Below are positions 25,093-35,794 of a DNA stretch of 49,769 bases, piece after piece. Numbering within the stretch: the first letter of the stretch is position 1; each line of letters begins with the position of its first letter. A program made the translations under genes and the position numbers. The notes under the pieces are model-generated. The model saw only the letters and a list, made by a program, of their open reading frames with translations. It searched no databases and had not been told where the DNA came from. This DNA comes from Chiloscyllium plagiosum (Eukaryota). The stretch spans positions 6,446,099 through 6,495,867 of the forward strand of contig NC_057720.1 in assembly GCF_004010195.1 (NCBI RefSeq), read 5' to 3'.

Positions 25093-25405
25093 GGTACGGT
25101 GGCTCATTGGTCAGCACTGCTGCCTCACAGTGCTGGAAACCTGGGTTGGGCGACTGTCGGTGTGGAGTTTGCACGTTCTCCCCATTTCTGAGCAGGTTTC
25201 CTCCCAAAGTCCAAAGATGTACAGGTTAGGTGAATTGGCCATGCTCACTTGCCACATAGTGTCTAGGGATGTGCAGTTTAGGTGCGTTATCCATGGGAAA
25301 TGCGGGGTGACAGGAATAATGTAGGAGGTGGGTCTGCGTGGGATGCTCTTTGGATGGTCAGTGTGGACTCATTGGGCCGAATGGCCTGTTTCGACACTGT
25401 AGAGA
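25093..25405 (+). mobile_element. HE1-like SINE
   Basis: tRNA-like head, core and GGCCTGTTTC.ACACTGTAG end. Confidence 0.85.
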
Positions 25406-25420
25406 TATTATCACAGTGGT

Positions 25421-25655
25421 GCAAGTGGGTACTGCAGATATTGGAGATCAGAGTGAAGATTAGAGTGGTGCTGGAAAAGCACAGCAGGTCAGGCAGCATT
25501 GGAGGAGCAGGAAAAATCGACCTATCGGACAAAAGCCCTTCATCAGGAATAACATCAGGCATTCCTGATGAAGGGCTTTTGCCCGAAACGTCGATTTTAC
25601 CTGCCTCTCGGATGCTGCCTGACCTGCTGTGCTTTTCCAGCACCACTCTGATCTT
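25421..25655. mobile_element. Inverted pair of Penelope-like element ends (95-bp arms at 25456-25550 and 25561-25655, 10-bp spacer)
   Basis: The arms are near reverse complements. The same sequence terminates the Penelope 3' region at 32940-33037. Confidence 0.85.
25561..25596 (+). ncRNA. Minimal type I hammerhead ribozyme motif, intact core
   Basis: AUUC-CUGAUGA-A-GGGC-UUUU-GCCC-GAAA-CGUC-GAUU: both catalytic boxes, 4-bp stem II, palindromic ACGU stem III and a GUC triplet. Confidence 0.8.
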
Positions 25656-27325
25656 GATGCTGCCACTGTAGGAGAACAAGTTTGTGTAAAGCTCCCTGCT
25701 CATTCAAAGGCTAGCCTGACAGGTATAGCTGGATGGAATGGCTGAAAGGAAGGGCTGGGAGATCATTGCTTATACCTCCTCAGCGTCCTATCAGACAAAA
25801 TATATGAAGCACCAATATCCTCTGTGTAATCAAACCCAGCTCTGCCTAGAAGCTGACACCTTATCACAGTCAAATATCCACACACCTGTCAAGACAGGAC
25901 TTAACACTTGAGCATCTTATTACTTTACATTACCTGTACAGGGAGTCTCACTGACAGATCTTTGAGCAGAACTGTCAGTGGTTAACAGAGATACTGGGCA
26001 CAATAAGATGTCTTTCTTCCTTAAGATACAATGGGTGGCTGGGAACATGAATCAAATTGCAATGAGTTATCTCAGAACCAGTGCTAATTTGGAGCTGTCT
26101 TAACTTTGCAGGGCTGAGCCTGGCTGGTGTCTGTTTTAATTTTCTGCCGTCAATCCATTTTAGTCGGTGAAATCTCATGATTATTGCTCAGGGGGATCAT
26201 AACTTGCAATCAGCTGGTTACTCTCATCTGATGCTTAAATAATATTTCTCTCACGATACCACGATAACAGCTGCACCCTCCACCAACATCACTTAGCACG
26301 AGATCCAGGAAGATTTACAATGCAGTTCATCAATCTGATGAGATAATCTTTTATTTTGCAGTTCAGATGGTTTATGCTTAATTAAACAAATAATTTTACA
26401 CTTGGCGTGTTAGAAGCCCACATGACACAGTTGCCGTTGTGTTATGTATTGCATTCAGCCATCCTTCCCATGATTTACTGACAGGCAGAGAATTATTATC
26501 TTAAGGAAGAGATCGAACAAAGCTTTCAGTTTTGTAGGTTAAAGGGGGGAGGGTTAACTGAAATCAGAGACAGCCAAAGACCCATCAGAACGCCTTGGTG
26601 AATATACAGAGTTGTAGTATTATTGCACTACGCACGAGTGCAAGAAGCAGGCCAATCGCAAATTCTGCACATTTTTAAAAAATGTAATCTTATTTTCAAT
26701 GAGCCTGCATTCCAATGGCGCCCTCATTACCTCAGGTGTTTCCGCATGCCTCATAGCCAGGGAAGAAATTTTTGAAATGTTACTGCAGTTACAACATTTG
26801 GAGAAATGGCACTAATTTGTGCACATCAATCAGTGATGAGGTAAATGACCAGGACAGATATATAACTAGAATTATAATCAGTGTGTTCCAGGCTCCTCCC
26901 ACTCTTCCCTCACACCTTTCCCTTAAATGTCCCCCCTCTCACCTCCCCTTATAATTGAAACTTCAACCCTAGAAGAAAGCCTCTGACTATCCACCCTACC
27001 TCTCTGCCTCACCAAGGCTTCCTCCACAGCACCTTCCAAAAATACACAACCTCTACCATCTAGAAGGACTAGGACAGCAGCTACCATGGCAAGTTCCTCT
27101 CCAAGCCCTTCATCATCCTGACTGGAGCATACCAACTGGGGTTACCTAGAAGATGCCACCTTCTCTACCTTGGCCCTTGCGTGATGACCCTCAGTTTAGA
27201 TTCATCACTGTAGCTGTCTCTCTCGCACAAGAGAGAAGCCCATGGTCAACGGGGACCATGGTGACCATACCTTTTAACCAACTTACAAACATACTGCCGT
27301 GCCTTCACAGTAACGGGGGGAAAAG

Positions 27326-27538
27326 GGCACTGCAGATGCTGGAGATTAGAGTCAAGATTAGAGTGGTGCTGGAAAAACACAGCAGGTCAGGCAGCATCCG
27401 AGAAACAGGAAAATCGATGCTTCAGGCAAAACTTTTCATCAGCCCTTCCTGATAAAGGGCTTTTGCCCAAAGCGTTGATTCTCCTGCTCCTCGGATGCTG
27501 CCTGACCTGCTGTGTTTTTCCAGCACCGCTCTAATCTT
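27326..27538. mobile_element. Inverted pair of Penelope-like (family 1) ends, both hammerhead cores mutated
   Basis: Arms at about 27354-27442 and 27449-27538. The right-arm core reads CTGATAAAGGGCTTTTGCCCAAAGCGTT. Confidence 0.85.
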
Positions 27539-27849
27539 CCCTGTAATGGGATCAGAACTCTCTTCCTGACAGTAGTTTTAAGATGTCACTGGTGAGTGGC
27601 AACACTATGCAACACCTTTCACTGTGTTGTGTAACAAAATACACATGATAATAAAGAAATCAAATTAAATCACTGTGGGTGGTCCTAGGGTGGCAGATAT
27701 TTTCGATACTAACTTGCTCAGACATGTTGTGACACACCACTAGGACTTGTACACAGTTCTCCTGGTTCTGTGATGGAGACACTACCAATGTACTACAACA
27801 GCCCTTCCTAATGAGATTCATACTAACTGTGAAGACAATAACAAAAAAG

Positions 27850-28700
27850 AAGTGCAGCATAGGAACAGGCCGTTCGGCCCTCCAAGCCTGTGCCGATCAT
27901 CGTGCCTGAACGAAACAAAAAAACAAACCTTCTGCCCTTATTCAGTCCCTATCCCTCTGTTTCCTCCCTATTCTGTAACCATCCAGATGCCTCTTAAATA
28001 TCTCCAACCTGCTTGCTTCCACCACCTCTTCTGGCAATGTCTTCCAGGCTCCTCCCACTCTCTGTGTGAAAAACTTCCCTCGCACATCTCCCTTAAACGC
28101 TCCCCCTCTCACCTTGAACCTGTGCCCTCTTGTCATTGAAACTTCAACCCTGGGAAAAAGCCTCTGACTATCCACTCTATCTATGCCTCATAATTGTGAA
28201 GACCTCTATCAGGTCTCCTCTCAGCTGCTGTCTTCCCAGTGAAAACAATCCTAGTCTTTTTAACCTTTCCTCATAATCAACACCCTCGAGACCAGGCAAC
28301 ATACTGGTGAACCTTCTCTGCACGCACTCCAAATCTTCCACCTCCTTCTGATCAAAACTGCACACAATACTCCAAATGCCTGACAAGGGTTTTGTATCAC
28401 TGCAACATGGTTTGCCAACTCTTGTACTCCATGCCCCAGCAGGATAGGGACCTCTTAATCACCTTGGCCACTCTTAGGGAACTGTGGACCTGCAAGCCCA
28501 GATCTGCCTGTATGTTAATATTCCTAAGGATTCTGCCATTTGCAATATAATTCACACCTAAATTTTATCCTCCAAAATGCACCATCTCGCATTTGTCTGG
28601 ATTAAACTCCATTTGCCATTTCTGTGCCCAAGTCAACAATACATTTATATCTTGTTTTTATCCTTCTATAATCATTGGCACTATCAGCAACTCCACCAAT
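27850..28700 (-). mobile_element. CR1-like LINE ORF2 3' portion
   Basis: LECVQRRFTSMLPGLEGVDYEERLKRLGLFSLGRQQLRGDLIEVF and RGHRFKVRGGAFKGDVRGKFFTQRVGGAWKTLPEEVVEA. Confidence 0.9.
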
Positions 28701-28844
28701 CTCCACCAAAGATGCAACAGATCACATGATTCTGACCTATGTAAGAAAGAAGACACCAGTCTAGAATGAGTATGTAAAGAGACAGGTCAGAGACACTACT
28801 CTAGGGAGCTGCTTGACATATTCCTGAACCAGGGCTCACAGACC

Positions 28845-29080
28845 TTTTAGAATTGAGATGAGGAGAAATTTCTTCACGCAGAGAGTGGTGAGCCTGTGGA
28901 GCCCTTTGCCACAGAAAATAGTTGAGGGTCAAACATTAAACATTTTCAAGAAGGAATTAGATATTGTTCATAAAGAGACCAAAGGGTATGGGGAGAATGT
29001 AGAAACAGGAGACTGAATGATCATGATCAGATTGAATAGCATAACAGATTTTGAAGGGCTGAATGGCCTACTCCTGCTGC
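28845..29080 (+). mobile_element. CR1-like LINE 3' end
   Basis: GAGATGAGGAGAAATTTCTTCACGCAGAGAGTGGTGAGCCTGTGG. Confidence 0.8.
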
Positions 29081-29513
29081 TATGATGACATACAATGCAC
29101 AAATATAAATCAGGGAGTGTTACGGTGGGATTAAGAGCCTTACTTTAAGATAAGGAGCTCGCAGCCTCAGTCAGGGGAGTGTGAATTCAAGCTCCTACAG
29201 CCCAGAGATACCCCCGATCAGTATTGTAATGTGCTGGTAGCAGTATTGGCTGAAAGCACCCATATTCCATGGCCTCCAGCGATTCAAGATGGCAGCTAAC
29301 CATCACTTTGCAAAGGAGCAGTTAAGAATAGCTGGCTGAACAAGTGACACCCACATCCCATGATAATGCCTGAGGGAGTAAATATCTGCTCAAAAGCCAG
29401 GCAGATCTCCCCCTCATTCTGCTTCAAAGTAATACCATGCACCTTCTATTTTGACCATTAGAGGAGTTGAGAATGGGTAAGTGAGAGACATCGGAGCCAT
29501 GAGTGGTGGAGTA

Positions 29514-29722
29514 CAGACAGTTCTTCAGTAACACAATGGTTGCATTCTTGTCCAATCCTGTGTTATTGCCCTTTAGAAACAACGCTTAAAGTATTGGTGA
29601 TGTAATCAGGTTACAGCCAACACATGTTTTAAATGTGCGCGCTTTAGAAACAGCATTCCCAATCTGTCAATCGCGTAACAGCGAATTTGCATTGCAAATG
29701 TGTGTTATAGCAGAATAACCTG
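29514..29722. mobile_element. Tc1/mariner (pogo/Tigger-like) MITE
   Basis: TA on both flanks. Imperfect terminal inverted repeats CAGACAGTTCTTCAGTAACAC and CAGGTTATTCTGCTATAACAC (14/21 identical). Confidence 0.55.
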
Positions 29723-30267
29723 TAGATTTGACGGGTCTTATGACCCATTCCTTCTCTGATTTCGCATGTACCTCTGTCTTATACCCCGCAGCTGAGAGGA
29801 CAGACTGAGTTCAGTTTCACATCAGATCCAAAAAGCAGGCTCTTTATTTTGTTCATGCCTTGTTGATTAAATAAAGATTCAATTGATCTCATTGCAATAT
29901 ATATCCAACTGATTTTTATGTAAATTGTGGAAACATTGAACTTAAATTTGAATGTGGTTTAATTAGAATTTACAGATTTAAGAAGCTACTGAAGATGAAT
30001 GAGTATTTCTGCTGAGGAATAATTGTAACAGGGGATGTTTCAGTTGTTAATTTGTTTATCTAATCTCTCATAGATTGAAAAATGTAAATCTCACATTGTT
30101 ACTTTCCTTGTGTAATGTGCTTCATATGCAACAATAATATGTTCCATATAAGTATTTCATATACAAGCTCAATTTATCTGACATTGATCAATGTCCCATG
30201 ATATTCAGCCTTCCTTTATCCACTGTTGTTACTGCTTCTTCAATTCCACATTTGACTGGGATGAGAA

Positions 30268-30390
30268 AGGGAGGACTGCAGATGCTAGAGATCAGAGTCG
30301 AGAGTGTAGTGTTGGAAAAACACAGCAGGTCAGTCAGCATCCGAGGAGCAGGAGAATCGACATTTCGAGCATAAGTTCTTCATCAGGAAT
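30268..30390 (-). mobile_element. Penelope-like (family 1) end with hammerhead remnant
   Basis: Minus strand reads ATTCCTGATGAAGAACTTATGCTCGAAATGTCGATTCTCCTGCTCCTCGG. Confidence 0.75.
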
Positions 30391-30514
30391 CCACATTTAA
30401 CACCCTGTTCCGCCACATGCAAACCTTCTAACTCCAAATCTCAGTAATACAGTGCAGGAGGCCATTCAGCCAATTATCAGTGTACTGGCTCTTCAAACGA
30501 GCAATATGAGCCAG

Positions 30515-30800
30515 ATACATCATGGCTTGGTATGGCAATTGTCCTGCCTGAGACCTTCAGGATCTACAGAGAGTTGTGAACACAGCCCAGTCCATCACGC
30601 AAGCCAACCTTTGGTCCATTGACTCCATCTATACATCTCGATGCCTTGGGAAGGCAGCCAACATCATCACAGCCCCCTCCCTCCCCAGTTATACTCTATT
30701 CCAAACGGCAGAAGATACAAAAGCTTAAAAGCACATACCAACTGATTAAAGAACAGCTTTTTCCCTGCTGTTATCAAACTTGTGAATGGACCTCTCAAAT
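30515..30800 (+). mobile_element. Rex1/Babar-like LINE 3' fragment; UTR resumes at about 31030-31175
   Basis: CATGGCTTGGTATGGCAATTG...GTTGTGAACACAGCCCAGTCCATCACG, homologous to 18018-18480 and 47505-48610. Confidence 0.7.
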
Positions 30801-30836
30801 TTTAAATTTAATATTATACTCAGAAACTAAAACTCA

Positions 30837-31020
30837 GTAGACCTGGTAAAATCAGTGGAGAGAACTCAAAGTTAATAATTCAGGTCGAGTGACCCTGGAG
30901 GAAAGTCACTGGACCCAAAATGTTAATTCTTAATTTTCTCCACAGATGCTACCAGACATGCTGAGCTTTTCCAGCAATTTCTGTTCTTGTTTCTGATTTC
31001 CAGCATCCATGCTTCTTTTA
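30837..31020. mobile_element. Inverted Penelope-like ends (family 3), degenerate hammerhead
   Basis: Left arm ...GTTAATAATTCAGGTCGAGTGACCCT mirrors right arm GAGGAAAGTCACTGGACCCAAAATGTTAA...CACAGATGCTACCAGAC. Confidence 0.6.
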
Positions 31021-31170
31021 GTTTTTAATGTTGACCCTGTTCTTTGTTCACCTTCCATGCAGCAGTGACATTGTAATCCTTGCACTGTTCTATCACCATT
31101 ATGCACTTTGTATGATGTGATGTGCCTGCACTGCATGCAAAACAAAACTTTTCACTGTATTTACATTCAT

Positions 31171-31443
31171 GTGACATCCAGTCCTTCTACACCTCCATCC
31201 AACATCACCAGGGCCTCCAAACCCTCCATTTCTTCCTCTCCTGACATCCCCAACAGTACCCTTCCACTGACACTCATTTGTTTGGCTGAATTGGTCCTCA
31301 CCCTTAACAATTTCTCCTTCGAATCCTCCCACTTACTCCAGACCAAAGGGGTAGCCATGAGCACCCACGTGGGCCCCAGCTATGCCTGTCTCTTTGTCGG
31401 CTACGCAGAACAGTCCATCTTCCGTAGTTACATCGGCACCACT
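31171..31443 (+). mobile_element. Penelope-like element reverse-transcriptase fragment
   Basis: LICLAELVLTLNNFSFESSHLLQTKGVAMSTHVGPSYACLFVGY matches the PLE RT motif N.F.F....Y.Q..G.AMG....P..A.LF. It is interrupted just before the expected YxDD. Confidence 0.9.
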
Positions 31444-31918
31444 TGTTTTAAAAAATTCTCAAGGTCAAGGACCAGGCTCGCAGGAAAGTAGTCTGATACA
31501 GAACAAACAGCCAAGAGGCGAGTCTGCTAGAATATAAGTGTTTTATTCCCCGCAGCGTCGCCACAACCAGGTCTCGTACTTACAACGGGTCTGGTTTATA
31601 CTCACTCTACGTGTTACCGGAACTGGGAGCCGTCAGTTCTCGTAGAGCGGTTGCCAACAACCCACGCTCGGCGGTTAAACGCAACCCCGGAGCAGACTCT
31701 ACCGAACTGGAGACTTTTCCAGCTGATATACCCTTTTCCAGATATAAACATTCATGTGAACAGCAGAGCAAGGCTAAAAAACACATTCCATTCTGGTTAC
31801 ATACAGATAAGAAGATTCACACGGGAAGGTGTATAACAAGATTCACACGAGACTAAGCGACACCTTCCATTTTCGATTAGATTCACACATGTATTGGGAC
31901 ACAATTTTAACCCTTTCA
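31444..31918 (-). mobile_element. Retroviral-type LTR, copy 1 (475 bp)
   Basis: Minus strand starts TGAAAG and ends AAAACA, with TATAAA (31600-31595) upstream of AATAAA (31547-31542). CpG-rich. Confidence 0.75.
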
Positions 31919-31962
31919 CCACATACACACACATACACTTTCTCACACTCACAACCCCCACC

Positions 31963-32697
31963 TGTTTTAAAAAATTCTCAAGGTCAAGGACCAGGCTCGC
32001 AGGAAAGTAATCTGACACAGAACAAACAGCCAAGAGGCGAGTCTGCTAGAATATAAGTGTTTTATTCCCCGCAGCGTCGCCACAAACAGGTCTCGTACTT
32101 ACAACGGGTCTGGTTTATACTCACTCTACGTGTTACCGGAACTGGGAGCCGTCAGTTCTCGTAGAGCGGTTGCCAACAACCCACGCTCGGCGGTTAAACG
32201 CAACCCCGGAGCAGACTCACCGAACTGGAGACTTTTCCAGCTGATATACTCTTTTCCAGATATAAACATTCATGTGAACAGCAGAGCAAGGCTAAAAAAC
32301 ACATTCCATCTGGTTACATACAGATAAGAAGATTCACACGGGAAGGTGTATAACAAGATTCACACGGGACTAAGCGACACCTTCCATTTTCGGTTAGATT
32401 CACACATGTAGCAGAGCAAGGCTAAAAAACACATTCCATTCTGGTTACATACAGATAAGAAGATTCACACGGGAAGGTGTATAACAAGATTCACACGGGA
32501 CTAAGCGACACCTTCCATTTTCGGTTAGATTCACACATGTAGCAGAGCAAGGCTAAAAAACACATTCCATTCTGGTTACATACAGATAAGAAGATTCACA
32601 CGGGAAGGTGTATAACAAGATTCACACGGGACTAAGCGACACCTTCCATTTTCGGTTAGATTCACACATGTATTGGGACACAATTTTAACCCTTTCA
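31963..32697 (-). mobile_element. Retroviral-type LTR, copy 2 (735 bp), with a triplicated ~131-bp segment
   Basis: Nearly identical to copy 1. The internal unit starts at 32280, 32410 and 32541. Confidence 0.75.
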
Positions 32698-32707
32698 CCA
32701 CNNNNNN

Positions 32708-33037
32708 TCAGTTTCCTCATTTCCCCTCCCCCCACCTCACCCCAGCTCCAGCCTTCCAGCTCAGCACCACCCTCATGACCTGTCCTACCTGACAATCTCC
32801 CTTCCCACCTATCCACTCCACCCTCCTCTCTGACTATCACCTCCATCCCCACCCCCACCCACCCATTGTACTCTTTGCTGCCTTCTTCCCAGTCCTACCC
32901 CCTCCCATTTATCTCTCCACCCTGGAGGCTCCCTGTCTTCAGTCCTGATGAAGGGCTTTTGCCCGAAACATTGATTTTCCTGCTCCTCGGATGCTGCCTG
33001 ACCGGCTGTGCTTTTCCAGCACCACTCCAATCTAGAC
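32708..33037 (+). mobile_element. Penelope-like element 3' region with hammerhead motif (32941-32976)
   Basis: C-rich tract followed by AGTC-CTGATGA-AGGGCTTTTGCCC-GAAA-CATT-GATT. It follows a 6-N gap and is co-oriented with the RT fragment at 31171. Confidence 0.8.
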
Positions 33038-34649
33038 ATGTGACAATGATACGTCAAATAAAAATCAATTCATTACCCGCTGCCAATCTCCTGCCTTTCC
33101 CCATCTCCCTGCACACCATTTCTATCCACATGACAATCCAATGCCCCTGCTCAATGCCTCACTTGGAACTATCACCACCACAGTGCATTTCACACCCTTT
33201 TGAGTCGTTTTGCCAAAACTATTTTCATGCATCACATTTGCATATTTTTCAAAACACTTTAAATTGATTGCTGGTGTGTTAAAGACACACAGGAGAAAGA
33301 CTTTGTTCAGCTGAGTACTTAGAGCACTTATAAAGTGAGATTGCCAGGCACGTGTGGCCCTAGAGAGTGTGGAAGTAGTAAGAATTTGATACAATGCTGC
33401 ATGATGGGTCTCTCTGTCATTGACCAACATCGGGATCAAAGGGAGTAACTACACTGTGTTTATCTTTATCTTGAATTATTGTATTCAACATTACTTGAGT
33501 GCAAAATGTACTCTAAGTAAAACAAGCCAAGTTGTTTGTATCATTGTATAAGTATAGGCTGACTGTTCAGCTTGGGAGAGTGTTGTGAGGCGGTGAAGAC
33601 TGAAGCAGCTTCTCTGTAAATTCATGAGAACATAAAGTTTTTTGAAACAAGTCTCAAAGTCTCAGACTAAGTAATTTCCTCAACACGGAAGGAGCATGTG
33701 TACAAGTCTGCTTCAGTCTGTCTGGCATTGGTGGGCACCGCAGGTGCTGGGATGCATCATAACCCCACAAAATGGTATTTCCAGTTAATTAACACAAGAG
33801 TTTTGTCTTTAGTGGTGGATTGCTTTTGCAGTGCTGTAACTCGATTGATTTTTAAAATTGGTTTATCCAAACTATACAAAGACAGACTGCTGGGTTACGG
33901 AGAGTAGTAGGTAGAATGCAGAGTTAATACGGCATTTTGTAAATAAACCTATTATGAAGATTATCAGTGCCGAGTTTCATGCTTTGGATTAAGTTAACAT
34001 ATGTTTCTCTTTGCATTGATATATACAGTTTCTGAATTGCACTCATCCATAATTCAGCCTTATCCTTTGCACCATTCATTACTTTAACAAATAACGTCCT
34101 TTCCCTTTCAGGCATCAAGGATTGAACACTTCAATAACTCTCAGATAGCAATATTCCTTTCTTTACTGCTGTTGCATGATATGGACATTGCTGCTTAGAT
34201 CTGCATTGGCTGACTGGCTCTCATCCTTACTCCAATTCATTTTTCTCTGAATTTCCACGCTGCCTTACAATTGACAGATTATTAAAGAGGGAGACAAGGG
34301 GACATTTTTTTTCCCATGAAGGGTAATGAGTCTTTGGACCCTCTTCCTCAACAGGAAGGGAAAATGTTGTCCTTGAATGCTTTTAAGGAGGAGGTGAGCA
34401 GATTCTTGGTAAGCAGATGGTGAAAGGTTACTGGGGGGTAGTTGCAAATGTGGCGTTATCAGATCTTCCACGGTCATGTTAAATGAAGGAACAGTTTTGA
34501 GGGGCTAAGCTATTTCTGCTCCTGGTTTAGAAGCTGATATGTCTGTTTGGATGTTGATCAAGTACAAAAGATTTTTGTAAGAGTCACCCACTTTGAGGTG
34601 GCTCTGAAGTCACATGTAGGCCAGGTTATTTAAGGACAGCAGATAGACA

Positions 34650-34978
34650 AGAATAGAATAGAATCCCTACAGTGTGGAAACAGGCCCTTCAGCCCAACAT
34701 GTCCACAACAAACTTCTGAAGAGTAACCCACCCAGACCCATTCTCCTACATTCACTCCTGACTAAGGCACCTCCATATCCTTGAACACGAAGAACAATTT
34801 AGCATGGCCAATTGACCAGACCTGCACACGTTTTGGATAGTGGGAGGAAACCGGAGCACCCGGAGGAAACCCACACAGACACGTGGAGAAGGTCAGGGAG
34901 GCGCCAGAGGCTGGATTTGAACCTAGGTCCCTGGCACTATGAGGCAGCAATGCTAACTATTGACCCACTGTACCATCC
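34650..34978 (-). mobile_element. HE1-like SINE inserted in a second-family SINE (about 34595-35180)
   Basis: (AATAG)n tail and HE1-like body; the host SINE resumes on both sides. Confidence 0.8.
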
Positions 34979-35384
34979 CAGATTCCCTTTCTTAAAGGGC
35001 ATTAGTGAACTACATTGCTTTTTATTTGATAATTGATGATAGTTTGATGGCCACCATCACTGAGACTTACTCTCGATTCCAGATTTAATTAATTGAATTT
35101 AAATTCCACCAGTGGCCCCATACACTAGCCTGAGTCTCTGGATTATTGGTCTCGTGAAACTACTACTGTAGCAACACCTCACTGTACAAGCTGCAAGAAG
35201 CCAGGGTAACTGGGGAGAGAGTAGATCCACTCAAAGACAAAGGAAGAAATGTATGAGTGATATTGGTGGAAGTGGGTGGGACCCTCAATGAACACTTTGC
35301 ATCACTATTCACAATAGAGAATAACATGGTGGATGGTGAGTCTAGAGAGAGATATTTCGATATTCTAAGGCATGCTGGTAGAAA

Positions 35385-35640
35385 AAATGATTTGGAGATG
35401 CCAGTGTTGCACTGGGGTGTACAAAGTTAAAAATCACACAACACCAGGTTATAGCCCAACAGGTTTAATTGGAAGCGCTAGCTTTCGGAGCACCGCTCCT
35501 TCATCAGGTGGTTGTGGAGTACACAATTATAAGGCACAGAATTATAGCAAAAAATTTATAGTGTGATATAACTGAAATTATACATTGAAAAACACCTTGA
35601 TTGTCTGTTGAGTCTTTCATCTGTTCGAATACAGGTGAAA
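35385..35640 (-). mobile_element. Penelope-like element end (family 2)
   Basis: GTACAAAGTTAAAAATCACACAACACCAGGTTATAG...; homologous to 40500-40775 and 38425-38525. Confidence 0.75.
35476..35510 (-). ncRNA. Minimal type I hammerhead ribozyme motif, intact core (family 2)
   Basis: Minus strand reads CAC-CUGAUGA-A-GGAGC-GGU-GCUCC-GAAA-GCUA-GCG: 5-bp stem II, palindromic AGCU stem III and a CUA triplet. Confidence 0.75.
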
Positions 35641-35794
35641 GATGTTGGGAGTTCAGGAAGAGTGGACCAGGGTATTCTGGAGGGAATGGTCCCTGCAGAA
35701 GGCTGACAAGGGAAGGGTAGTAGCCAAGAAAGCATATAACATGCTTGCCCTCATCATTTGGGGTATTGATTATAAAAATTAGCAAGTTCTATTG

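Noticed and set aside
31611..32327. Duplicated 65-81 aa ORFs (MLPELGAVSSRR...)
   Set aside because: They lie within the LTR-like repeats, start at non-ATG codons and differ by a frameshift between copies.
31444..32697. TRIM-type mini LTR retrotransposon (LTR, short internal region, LTR)
   Set aside because: The 44-bp spacer lacks a primer-binding site and polypurine tract, and the two LTRs differ in U3 repeat number.
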